This document shows positions 45,861 through 59,500 of a stretch of 64,000 bases of DNA, piece by piece (position 1 is the first letter of the stretch; the number at the start of each line of letters is the position of its first letter). The notes below the pieces were generated by a model. The model did no database searches. It worked only from the letters and a program-made list of their open reading frames with translations, and was not told where the DNA came from. The position numbers and the translations under genes are program-made. This DNA comes from Leptogorgia sarmentosa. Taxonomy: Eukaryota. The stretch covers positions 5,642,001 through 5,706,000 of the forward strand of contig OZ210884.1 in the NCBI GenBank assembly GCA_964658305.1. Direction: 5' to 3'.

Positions 45861-47473
45861 TATAAGTGTACATGATCTTTTAGTATGGTGACATTTCTTT
45901 TCTAGGTCGACATACTCACGACTTAGTTCATTATAATCATCATTCCCAGGATTCTCAGCACGTCCTTTCTTCACGAGCTTGTTTATCCGCTTTAACTCTT
46001 TTTCGTATCCTTGAAACACATTTTTCGTTTTCTGTGAAATTCAGTAAAGTGTATTGTTAAGCTGCCTTGCAAACAGAATACGCATAGTTACATGCATTAT
46101 CACACTAGAAACTTCCTTGTATTATGTCGTTTTCAATTTTGACACTTGCACATGCAATATGTTTAGCTCAATTTTCGAAGATTTGGAATATATAGCAACT
46201 AATGAACCTTGCTCATTTCGTAGAATTCTACTACTGTATTATTGCGAATGCTGTAATTTCATTGGTTGCTCTACTCGCCATGAATTTCTCAATGGATAAC
46301 GAGTAGCAAAACAAGTAAATTTTTGTTGAAATATGTTTTCTGGCTCGCGTTTTGCAATTATTTGTGCAATATTCCATGTGTGATCTTTCTTTTGTATCAC
46401 CACATAGAAATGATCGTTTTCATTAGACGTCGAAATGTTCCTTCAAATTAGTAATACGATGATCAAAACCACTAGATGATTGACATCGGGTTTAATTTGA
46501 GATCGAAATGAAGCAGAACACTTGAAACATTGACATATATATTTTTAAGGTTCTGTTAAAATAAAGTTCCTTACTTATTGCTCTATAAGAATACCAAGGC
46601 TATATAAATTTCCCATGCACGATTACCTGGGAATCCCATCCATTAGATTTAGCATCTCCTGCAAGATTTTCCAAATTCCTTTCAAGAATTTTCATGTTGT
46701 ACTTTAGAACGTCCAAAGAATCTTCATCTTCCAAATACAGGAGGTATTCCTCAACGATCTCCGTTACTATGGTGATTTCTTCGTTTTCAAATGATTCGAT
46801 ATAATCTTTAAAATTTATTTAAAATTTCACGTCAAATCATTCTGGACCGACAGTAACAAGTATATAAATATAACAGTATTACGTTTGGAGAGAAATTTAA
46901 ATAAATAACAGAACAGAAACATAACTAATGTCTACTTGAGATGTCGAACTTTTCGTGTGATGAACATATAATGCAAATGGCTCAAACAATGAACGTATGT
47001 AGCCAGGTCATTAAGGGCCTGTTCACTGATATGGGCAAAAGTTATGCCGGTTAGCGAGAAAACATTTCGACAAATTTACAAGCGCGATCTCGCCTTATAA
47101 TAAAATTAATATAAAAAGCTCTTTTCATTTCGTTCATTTGACACGAAAATTCGCGAGTACCGAGATATCGATCTCGCTTGTTGACAGGTGAGATCTCGGT
47201 GACCGAGATAATTTTTGTCCGATATGAACACAACAAAACCAGAACTTTCTTGCTTAACTGGAAACTTTCAATTGTTTCTTTCGTCAGTATAGTATATTTG
47301 AAATATAGAGGGTCTTCAAAAAAATAATTACAATCAACTTCATCATAGGAATATTTTACCAAACTTTCAGGATACTTACAAGAGTCCAAGCTATATTTCT
47401 CGTCTGCTATTTCATTCATGAGTTCTTTTGAACATTCCGTTATGAAGAAAAGTGGGTTGGTGCTCACAGCCAT
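45861..47473 (-). other. Possible orphan multi-exon gene or pseudogene (acidic, helical-looking fragments)
   Basis: Three open, coding-like stretches, the last two preceded by AG acceptors: about 47473-47254 (MAVSTNPLFFITECSKELMNE...), 46805-46627 (YIESFENEEITIVTEIVEEYLLYLEDEDSLDVLKYN...) and 46031-45861 (KRKNVFQGYEKELKRINKLVKKG...). No family recognised. Confidence 0.35.
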
Positions 47474-49782
47474 AAGAATTTCACTGCAGCAGCTATAATG
47501 AACAAATAACAAAGATTTTAATTTTGGAAATAAATCAATTGATGATTGAATAGGTTTTTAATTTCATGATAAGCAAAAGATGACACGAATTTCCTGCATC
47601 TGCATGCACAATGTTTCTACTTTATGAATCATGGTCATGTTGGCCCATGCAAATTGGGAAAACCACAAAACGCTCTGGTGAACTTCATGTTCTGTGTTTA
47701 CATGCACAGTGTTTACTAAATATTTTGGGAGGACTTGGAAACTAACGAGGTGGTAATACACGGAGAGGGAACAATACTAAATTCATGAATTCACGTTACG
47801 TTTGGCGTAAATATCTCGACAGACTGACAGAGTAACTAATGATTCATCGATTTGTCTCCAATTCAACTGCCAATATTATTGCCTTTGTGCCAATAATTAC
47901 TGTCACGCGTAAACATCATGACACACTCGTGTCACACAAAACATACGGATCGAGTATCGCATATGCATGGTAACGAAACTCCCCTAATATGTAACAACTT
48001 ACAGCTATTCAACATTTGAGAAAAAATACTCCGCTAGCTTATCTTGTTTCTTATGATATTTGTTGCTTGAAGATATAATTACCAGACTGTAATTTTTTAT
48101 ACGATTAGTGAACAGTGATAACGAATAGTACGGCATGTTTACATGATGTTGAAATTAGAGCCAATTCTGTAGGTCAGTTGCCGCCAAATTATTTATCGTT
48201 GCTGCCTTTATATTTCACCACGATTGTTTGAAAACGACAGCCGGTTTAGACACAGTGTAATTTATCCGGTAATTATTGAAAGAAACTGACACAAATTGCA
48301 TCAAAAAGCGATTCAAAAACCTTTATAGCATTGTGATGCATGCGTGTAGACACAGACATACATTTGATACGTATACAGCAATAGGGTACCATATAAATTG
48401 TTATTATTTCCCTAAATAATAATTGTAAGAGGTTTTTGGTTACTGAGAAAATATGCCATATAATAATTGTATTTTACTTTTGCCCTAGTTAAGACTTTAA
48501 GACTGAAAGGGAGATATTACAAAGGAACTGTTGACCAGCAGTATAGAACATAATCATTATATATGAAAGTGTATACATGTGTGCAACAACTAGCGTGATA
48601 CCAAAACATGCCAGTGATATCTCACGAAGACTACTGTTTATTCAGACAAACATTATCGCACAAACCTTAACTGTAATCACTGATGAAGGCGATCAACTCT
48701 TGAGAACCAAAAATGTAAAAGCAACAACGTTAAAAACACAAAAGTGTCGACGCTTTGCTCATAAATTAGCCGAAATATTATTCGGAATATTAATTTCACA
48801 TTAACACATGTGTTGAATATTGACCGGATGTCTTAAATCGTCATCATTCTTTTTTGAATCTTTTCATATTACCAGCCAATATAGAATTCTTGTAGTGTAT
48901 AGTCACTATAGTGGCCGTAAAGACTGTACAGCATGCGAATGAATACTCTACAGTAGATACTGATTACAACCAGTTACATGCAACTTTAATAGTCGACGGG
49001 AGACAGCCAACGCTTTCAATTCCGAACTTGCTGACCTACAATTTGTACTACAATTTATGTGCATCAATACGAGTATGACTATGCCCGACTGAGCTAGTGT
49101 ACACGTGAAGTCAGGTTTGTCTCTCGTTGGTCAGAATGTTGTTTCTAAGGTTGACCAATGCTCCATGTGCTCCTGAAAAGAATCAAAGCAAAGTGCTTCA
49201 AATGTGAGCCAACAACCAAAGAAAAAAAAAGAGACGTCACATTACCAATTTCCCAGACCTTAATCGTAAATTTTTAGTGAAAGATTATTGGCTTTGGTAG
49301 TACTAATTTTCCTTGCAAAATTACTATATAGCTGCACTCAGAGCCTCAGAGGAACATGTGTATGTAGTCCTTAAACATCATGCTTGCCTTGAGAAAGTTT
49401 TCCATCTAATAGCATTATAGAAATGTCAAACCAGGATGAGAGTTAGCCAACGAAATGAGAGTTGGATGGGATTCACGAATCACAAGAAAGCTAGGTTCAC
49501 AAGCGTATTATCTACAGTTGGGTGTGATTCACCCAAAGCCAAAGTGTTATAATTTTTTACTTATAAATAAATATATGCGTGTGCACAAACAAATATGTAT
49601 ACGTTTTATGGAACTGAGCAAGTGGTGGATTCATGCCTTGCAGTAAAATAATGATGAATAAGTTTTTATTCATTTTTATTTAACCAATGTCAGCGAGGCA
49701 TGCGTGACGTCGCAACGTGTTTTCCAGATTAGCAATGCAAAATAGGTCACGAACAATAAAATATTCGCTCTTTGGACCGAGA

Positions 49783-52700
49783 ATGTCGGTAAGTTTGATA
49801 AATTTTTATATTCGCTGAGTACAATTATTGTTATTTGTCTCTCGTATTCGGCCAGAGTTGATTATGGCCATTATACCTCAATATCTATAGCTTTAAAAAT
49901 CCTAGACACCAAATTGAATTAACCAAGAAACATAGAGATTGTAACTTCCCTAAGTTACATGCATGCACTCGGAATACCGATTAATTCCTTGCCGTCATTG
50001 TGTACCACCGACAAGATCTGCGATCAATTAAATATTTCCTTTGAAAGCAAGTATCAAGTATGTCAGTGCCCATTCGACTGATTCGACAAGTCTCGTGACG
50101 TCGTGTACATATTGAGCAATTGCTTTTGTGGAACCACGGTGATCGATATTACGATTTAGTGTAACTGCTCAATACTATTATTGCCATGGTATATGTTGTT
50201 TCAGCTATATCTTGTTCCCGTAAGCCGTACGGGAATGGAAATTCATGTTGTGATGCTGATGTACTGTATGCTTGTAGATCTATGATCTACTACAGCACTA
50301 ACTAACCTACACGAGTTTAGCATTTTAACATTCAATGGGGCTATAACTAACAGCGAAGTTAGTGTATCCATACTGAAACATGACACTGAAATCAATTCGC
50401 TTGCAATTGTCGTACAGCATGTGGAATGCTCTTTTTCAATTGTCGAGAAAATAATTGTATCGATTCATATGTTCCTTATCTTAAAACACGACAGTTAGCC
50501 ATGTCATGGTCCGACATCATCATTTTCGTTTTTTAAAATCAATGTTAAAATTGATCTTCGAAACCTGCGATTGTTGCTTGCTGAGTTGCTCTGCTCGTCC
50601 TTTGTTCGTGGGCTCGCTTGGTTGAGTATATTCTACGAACTCCGTTTTTCATAATCTTTTTTTTATTAATGTACAATGTTCGGCACTCGTAAAATTCTCA
50701 GAACATCTAGCATACAACTAAATGATCACGATCATTCATCATATCTTTAATTGCCAAATTTCAGGTCTTGATTCTTACCGTGAAATTAAAACTTGGCGTA
50801 TCACTCGATCTACCTTAAGGATTCCCCTCTCAAGGAATTATGCCATGCATTCGGCTTCAACATGCCTAATATTCAATACTAGACGTTACCAAACTACATT
50901 TTGTGTTAAGTCATAGCCCTCAAAGTCTTAGGGGCATGCTTAGCCCAGGCTGGGGGCAAAAATCAACTTTGGGGCCCATCATTACATTCTTATGGAATGG
51001 TCTTGCATGTCTCATCATCAGCTATAAGCTGTTGTATTATCGTAGTTAATACATTTCTTTATTGAACTTTTTGTTGTATTAGTATCCTGGAAATGATAAA
51101 ATCAAGGACGAGAAAGTTCAATCGTGTTTACTGCAACCAGAAATATATGTCAACACAGATCAACCAAAAACGTATAAAAAGCGATGGTATATTTTATTCA
51201 CGTACTGCTTATTAGCCATCCTACAAAATGTTATGTGGAACACTTGGGGACCAATTCAAGCGACAGCCAGAGCAGTGTATGGCTGGGATGATTACGTTAT
51301 TGACTTAATGGCTGCTTGGGGATGTATTACATTTTGTATCGCAATGATACCATTTGCTTGGATCATGGATGTCAAAGGTATGAAGAATATTTTTTATATC
51401 TCGTGTTCGAAAGTTGGATAACTTTAAATAAGTATACAAAAACCTATCAAATTCATTGTAGAGTCCGGAAGGGGTAAAATGGGAATAGGGAGTTGCTTAT
51501 TTTTGGTTGGGAAAATGGGATTTCATGTACTTGGAATGGCCAATCACTGAGATGGTGGGATTTGTGCTCTGGGACACTGGCGTTTAGTCAAAATTTGGAC
51601 TGGGAAATGAGAATAGGAACCACCCGTAGTATTGAAACATGTTTTCGTTTTTCCCTGACACCGTTCCAGCTACAAAATGTAGATTTTATAAAGCATTCCA
51701 GCTAGACCAGTCTGAGGTATGTACTTTGGGAAGTGAGGTATCCTCAAAAAACACGTCCTTAAAATTCTGGTTTTAAGGTTCCACAACGCATGGTGAAATA
51801 TCTGAACGATCAATCACCTGGTCAATGTTTATCATTTAATGAGCATGATGTTATTATGACTTATAGGTCTGCGAGTGGCTATGGTCCTATCATCTACGTT
51901 GCAATTCCTTGGAGCTGCCTTGAGATGCATTCCAACAGACGATAATACTAAAACGACAGTTTTGATGCACTGCGGTCAGTTTATCATTGGAATTGCAGGT
52001 GGAATGTACCCTGCCGCTTTGATATCTTCAACCTGGTTTCCTCCAAATCAACGTACGACTTCCACAGCCTTGTCGACTGTTGCTGGATACATAGGATCGG
52101 CTCTTGGATTTATCATTTCACCTGCGTTTGTTGATGATGTTAAAGATTCAAATACTCCCAAGTTGGACAATCACTATCAATTAAATAGCACCGAGATAAG
52201 TATGTATAAAGAACAGATCAACAATCTTCTGTACTTGGAAGCTGCTCTTCAGTTAGTTATTCTTCTGGCAATCGTCATTTACTTTCCTGCAAAGCCAAAG
52301 AAACCTCCAAGCCTCTCGGCTGCTACTGGACGCGTTGATTTTAAAAACGGAATAAAGAAACTCTTCAAAAATTACAATTTTCTGTTACTGGCCACAATAT
52401 ACGGAGCGGGTACTGGCGTGTATGGGGGATGGTGTTCAGTGCTGTATCAAAATTTATCTGAGTATGGTATATCAGTGAATGCGAAGTTTGCTGGATGGCT
52501 TGGTTTTGTTGCTGTCATCAGCGGAAGTTTTTCAGGAGTCTCATTCTCATTGTAAGTACAATCACTTTCTCTACTACGTAAGGTTTTGTAATGCTGGTCG
52601 GATTTTTAAAGCTGGGTAGTATCCCCCCCTCGGTGTGCACATACTATTGTTCAATGCATTTCGACATTATTAAACTGGTCAAATGGGGTGAGACATGATC

Positions 52701-53673
52701 AGAGTTGAAACCCTCTAGATCTGGTTAATATTTTGCTGCCAGCTCTCGTCCACTCAATTAAAACATAGTTATTTAATTGAACAATTACTTGCAGGGATAA
52801 CATCGATTTGAAACCCTATTTTAGTAGTTATATTGGATTCATTTACTGTCATTTTTAATTTTAACTTGTTCAATTTTGACAAGAAATCCTTTGAGAAGAA
52901 ACTTTGCACTCAGCTGCATGCTCAGGAAAATAATGCAAAATTACTCTAATCTTCCTTTTGACATCGTGTAGGAAAACTAAGCAGCCAACGGTGAAAAATT
53001 TACGTTTAATTATCATTTGTTCCTAAATCATTTGCTGCCATCTGATTTCTTCGCAATTTTAATTTGCCTGTACTGTATAGTTTTATTACGATACCATACT
53101 GTACTCCACATATTAACCATTGGCATAAAGTACAACTATACAAATGTACAATTGTATCCCTAAACGTAGTCATTTTGATAGGAAGATTTAGGTTCGTAAT
53201 GTTATTCTAAATTTTTTTCACTTAGGTTTGCAGATCGTTTTTCAGGTCATCACAAGTTATTCCTCATTGTGTTCATGGCACTGTCATTTTACACAATGTT
53301 ATTAATCTGCTACGTTTTTACTGGAGTTATCTCGTTCAACGAGATCGCTGTCTACATCATGTTTGCATTGAGTGGTTTCTTTCTGAATGGCACTATTCCA
53401 TTCTTCTTTGAACTTGGTGTAGAGATCACTTACCCGGTCGCTGAGGGAATAACTGCTGGGATGATCACATTCTTTAATAACATTTTACAAACTGGATTTC
53501 TTGCTATACCGTTAGGGAATTATGGGACGAAATGGATGTTGTGGACGACCGTTTGTACTTGTGGAGTTTCAACAATTTTGTTGTTATTTGTTAAGGAAAC
53601 GTATCGTAGGTCATCCATAGATAGACAAAGAACACATGAATCGGGATTGAATCAAAACAGCATAAATTCCTGA
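49783..53673 (+). CDS. SLC49-family MFS transporter (SLC49A4/DIRC2-like, FLVCR-related)
   Basis: Exons 49783-49788 (ATG TCG|gtaag, tentative), 51083-51377, 51867-52551, 53226-53673. Motifs YKKRWYIL, WNTWGPI, STWFPPNQRTTST, YFPAKPKKPPS and PFFFELGVEITYPVAEG are typical of SLC49. Confidence 0.88.
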
Positions 53674-56540
53674 AACAGGCCAATAAATTTGTCCCACAAG
53701 CCCAATGTTTTTGCCCTGGAATGATAGCTTACTTTATCAGATATGATGCCCAAGGCGACGCCATGAATTTCAGGCATGACAAAACAGGGACTACAAGTGT
53801 TTTGATCCATCTAATTCTTATTAGTTCACTGTCGTTCGTCAATAATGAGATGAATATTTAGGCAAAAGTTGTCGTTTTCACTGAATTGCACATGCACATC
53901 TAATCTCTATTGGTGTAATTCCCATGACAACACCTTAAACGCTGATTCCATAACATGGTTGTGAATGTTTTTGTGAAATTAATAATTTAGTTGCTAAGAA
54001 GCCATGGTGAACGCGTTGTGAAATACACGCATCCCACCTTACAATGAAAACGATAGGCAACATTCGCTAAAGCCCGAGAAGTTTCGCTCGCAAAAAAATC
54101 AATTCGTCGTTCTTTCAATGAAACAGAAAGCACAATGATGAAGGTTAGGGTTTAGGGGTGAAGGGTTAGGGTTAGGGTTAGGATTAAGGTTGGGGTTAAA
54201 AAGCACAATGGAAACAAAATAGAATTTTCAACAACTTGAGAGGCAGAACAAATTTCTTCTTCGGCGAATGAATGTAAAAATGATTTGTTTGTCAAAATTT
54301 TTCACCCACCGGCGAGATAATGGGGAGGAAAATGGCATAAAATGGTGATTACACTTGATTAAAATGGTGTTTTGTGTAATCGTTGCCCTCAGGCTTCTAT
54401 GGTCTACATCAAATAGACCTCGGTCAAATATTTCACTGTAGCTACACACCTTCGGTTAATAAAAATATTTTCAGACAAAACAAAGTTCATATATGTATTA
54501 ACAGTTGATTAACGTCTGCGTTCATTCGCGAGAAAATGGCGCCGGTAAGACGTCATATGCAAACGAAAATAGACAGATTTTCTGCATTCCACAAATCCGC
54601 AAACTGACATAAAATTGCAATAACATGCACGATATCAGAAGCGTAACCCGCGAAACGGCGAGTAAATCTCGAACAAAATGAATTTAATTTGTTTTTTCCT
54701 TGTGTTTTTTAATTGACAGACATCCAAAATACAGTGAAAAGAGCTGAAATGTATAAAAAGTTAAGAAAGAATCAAGCAAAAATGTTAAAAAACCCATAAT
54801 CCCACCTAATTTCGCTATTTCTTCAGTTTTGAAAATTTAAACAAAATTAGGTAGTCCTCGCTTCGCAAACTTCATGTTATTTACACTATAGTTCCCGCCA
54901 TTGAAGAAGGCTTAATTATTATTGAAACAAAACGGAGCAATTGCCCCCAGGGAACCTGACTGAACCCCCCTCTGAAAACAGTAAACAATATAAAGTAGGG
55001 TGGGTTTAATGATGTAACTTTCATAAATTGTATAGACATGGAAAAAGAAAGGAGATCCTGTTCTTCATATCGAGGTATGAGTTTAATTGCTTCACTCGCT
55101 TGTACTTTGGACTTTCTCACGGACTATGTGACATATATAATTTATTGGTACGAGAAAACACTCCTTAAAAATTGGCAGGGCATGCAGGCTTTTGCAGGCT
55201 AAAATGGCGGCTCCCATCATTCAGTGCGAGATGAGTAAGTGACTAAGTCAGATTTTTTCCCGTCGCCCAGAAGTGAATTATGGCTGTTTAAAGCAAATCC
55301 TGATTCACAAGATAATAGAGCATTGCTAATAGAGATACTTCCTGCTATTCTGTTTTACCCTTGGTGTAGGTGCATGTTCCCCTGTAAAGTATATCAGTGG
55401 TTGGAAAACACCGTGAGAGGTGCCTTAACTGATTTAGCCATTAGTCATAATACTCTAATGCTGTTATTTTACAGACAAGCGTAGCTCGAGCATGGGATTC
55501 TGCGAAGCCAGTTTATTTCTGCCCAGCAATGAACACTCACATGTGGGAACACCCACTAACACAAGAACATCTCGACAAACTATACAGTCATTAAAATACA
55601 CCAGATTCCTCCAGTCTCCAAAACTCTAGCGTGTGGAGATTGTGGTAAGATATCTTATGTTCCTTATCGTTGTAGTCGAATTTCTAATCATTCGAGATGC
55701 ACCGTTTTACTTTTGCAAGCTTGGAAGAGGCGAATTACAAGACATACCAAAACACAGTATTCACGGGACCTCAAAAGGTTGCGAAAGAAAGTATATTTGA
55801 TGGACGCATTACTACAGGAATTACCAAATTAGAGATGTAGGAATGTTATCGCTTGTGCTACGTGTCTTTTCTCTAAATGTTTTAATTGTACATACTACAT
55901 ACTGTTAATTACCGCAATGAGTTGCAAGTTTTTTACTTTTGGCATGGATTGGTGCCATGGTGGAGGTTTCAACGATTATCGAAATAATTCAAGAAAAAAT
56001 CGACGCGGGCAAGTGCTGCAAATAACAAGTTGAACTTGAACATTCGATGATTTTGTTTGTTGAATGAAATACATCATCTGCATAAATTAAAGCAGGAAAT
56101 CGGCTGCCTGGATCATATCATACCTTAGTGTCCAGGTCACTCACTTATAAACATACCTACGTCAGGATGTTGTTGACACGACAAGGAACCCTAATTCAAA
56201 CAAAACAGAAAACGTAAATAATGGATGCGTTTATACCAGGCAAAGATTAGAAGACTTTAAGCAACAATAAACATGAAACTAAAACAAACTATGTAAATGT
56301 TCATTGTATAAACTTGATAATAATAAAAAAGACTTTTTTTTGGTATTTTTTCCTATATTAATATGCATATCTTGATAGCACGGCCAAACTTCCTTCAGCA
56401 AAAAGTCAAACATTCATTGACATATACATCATCATATTTGATTTCTTCAATACAAATGTATTTTCATGACGAAAATTTCGTCATTTGTGGTTTGCCTGAG
56501 CAAGAGAGAGGAACATTTTATTACTAAAGCAAAATTTAAA

Positions 56541-59500
56541 ATGAAAGCATTGGTAGCAGTTTGGGCGTTAAGTCTCTTTACAACGCTTTTCGCTGTGAGT
56601 ACATATAACTGTTTCTAAACTACTTTATATTTTATTTCATCTAAAGTCAAATATGTTGTGGGTATGCCTAGGTGACTCGACTATTTTAAATGTTCTTAGT
56701 GTTTAAGTGTTCTTAGTTTACCACGTATTTACGACCTAAGTCAAGCAAATTTGGTTGCATTTTTCTGAAGCAAATTGCGATTAGTGACGAAGGAATACGT
56801 CAAAGCTGAAACCAAGTCTTTTCTTTTCTACAATAACTGTTTGGGGCGTGTCTAATTCCATCTCATGAAAATTTAAATATACAGGTAAATCCATACGATC
56901 CTGGCACCTACAAAAGACGGAAGAGAGGCAAGTACTAGTTTGGAAACCACTTTATTACCCTAGCACAATATTTTTAATGTTTGAATAATTATTACACGAG
57001 GGAACGTCTGCACGGCAGCGTGTTTGTAGAATTATTTTTGTTGCGAATTATGTGAACTGATGTAGTTTATTTGTGGTAAAAAGTTCTAAAAAATCAACTC
57101 AATTTGCCAATTACCTTTCCACGCAGAACTAGCGCTAATAATTAATGGTTTGAACAAGTGGCGACCAGGCTTCTAACTTCCCGATTCAAAGCGTTATGTC
57201 GAAACGTCATCAATCTCCTGAGTTTTTCTAGATTGTTTCAAATGCCAGCTACGGCTTTAAATATTACACATCGCATTATTTCGTTGAGTTGAAAGGAATT
57301 ACTATTAATGGTTTGAGTGGCATAATTGATTTGCATATCAATACCCTGTTGTTCACACTTCCTTCCAGGAGAACTAACTACGGCACGCAATAATCCCTAT
57401 GGTATAAAGTTCGTACGCCTGTCGCAAAAGTTCATGCTTGCAGACTCTTTTAATTCGACAAAATCTCATCTATATATTTCGTTCTATTAAACAAGATATT
57501 TTTTCAATACTTTGCATATTTACTCTATAGTGCATGGTATGTGTGTTGCATCATATAATTGTACTATGAAAGTAACGTCCTATGTATGTATAGAAGGAAC
57601 CCTTGTTTGTTCCCCTTCGACAATAGTTGTCTTCTGTGCTCAGAAATGGGTTATATAACGTGGCTCACCAGCAAATGCTTTGAAATATTGAATGTTGAAT
57701 TTAATTGTTAATTTATGTACTAAAAGTCAATTAGAACGAGAGTTATGTGTTAATTGGTACAAAGTGAACCTTTATCACATATAAAAATTTTGTTACCATT
57801 GTACATGTGAATTCCTTTGTGCATGTTTTTCTAATACCGAAATACAACTTCAACTTTTTAATAGATCAAACCAGATATACATGCAATATAGCTATCATCA
57901 TCGATATTGACTTCGCCTTGACTGTTTATTTGTGTAGCTTGAATATTAATGTCCCTGAATCGGATATCCTCTCTCCCAATTAAAATGTCTTTATATTTGA
58001 ACAAGTCCTTGAAGGGGAAACATCGAACTGCAGCCACTACAAAGTATATACGCAAATAGAAATCAAAGAAACATCATGCAGAACTTGTTGTTAATTTATC
58101 TTTTGATTGCTTTCATTTGTACAGGTATATAATAAATTATTCACATTCATTCATGATGCGTATTTGCATTTTTTAAATAGGCCTTTCCTCAAATGCTGAG
58201 CAAAGCGCGTCATTCCTGGCATTTCAATCATCCTCAGCTTTTACCACCACTACTTTGAAAAGCATTAAATCCGTACATACAATATCGATTTCTAATTCAA
58301 ACTGATAAAGCTTATATTTACTATGTAGCTGACTTTTCCCTGCTTCCACAAACCATTTCTAACGAGTCAATTATTAATTAGGGCTTTCAATTTAGACATG
58401 TAATGCCGGCTGTCTGGATCTATATCTATATGTATACATTTGGTTTATTCTTTGTTGTCTCAAAACATGTCGTTACACAAGGCAGAGTCTGCATGGCAAA
58501 TTACATGACATTGTGCAGTTTGACTTACTCATGAAGGATGAACTCATATTGGATGACCTCGCTTACTCGTCGCTAGGGTAATTTTTCATGGGGGGGGGGG
58601 GGAGATGAAGGGCGGTCTAGGACAACGGTAATTTACACTACCGCAAATGCTATCAGTTTCCTCCATTTTCCACAATAAATCGGAATTCTTAAGATTATAT
58701 CGTACATGAAAATATAATTTTTGATGATTTCACAATCGTACCAATTGCTTCTATTTCCCCAAACCTCTTTTTTTGGAGGGCGCATCTTTTTGTTCAATTG
58801 ATGCAGTTGTTGCAAAAACAAAATCCAAATTAGTCAATTCTTTTCCTTTACTTTAGTTGTTACGGCAACAAACCCAAACTGGTCAATAATTCCAGGGAAA
58901 CTGACGCAACTTGATGTTAGTCCAGCAGACATTGTTTGGGGCGTGAACAGACATCACCGAATCTATATCAGCAATGGCAATGGATGGCACAACGTGCCGG
59001 GTCTTTTGGTACATGTGACAGTTGGCAGCGCTGGCGTCTGGGGTGTAAATAGCGGTGGAAATATTTACTACCGTGAAGGGGTGACATTAAGTTCTCCATC
59101 TGGCGCGTCCTGGACACATATACCAGGTAATTTTAAATTCCGGCCGCTACTTTTCTATTTGTGGTTTGACTAGAATTTATTTGCGGCCCAACCTCAAATG
59201 AATTGTACAAATTATTGTACGATTATGCTATTGTACAAATTTATTGTGAAGCACTAGCTAGATCAAAGTACACACTGAACATTTGACTTAATGTGCCCGT
59301 GTCCTATTCAAATTTGACCCGGATAGTATTGAGCTAATTAGAACGATGAGAACTTGGTAATCTAAACTAAAAGTTCCTTTTAGTTTCGTGGAATTGAAAT
59401 AAGCAGTGATTACAGCTTTTCCACAATATATTTATATATGTGGGATTCAATAATGTAGAGAAGGAAAGAGCTTTTGATAAATTATACAACATAAGCTATT

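Noticed and set aside
54143..54199. TTAGGG-like tract suggesting an interstitial telomere
   Set aside because: Short and degenerate. Similar ggttag/ctaacc tracts occur at about 27140 and 60985 and are common inside dispersed repeats, so there is no evidence for a chromosome fusion.
57858..58260. Antisense coding-like fragments inside the lectin intron
   Set aside because: Short, interrupted by stops and with no recognisable family. Probably a decayed repeat.
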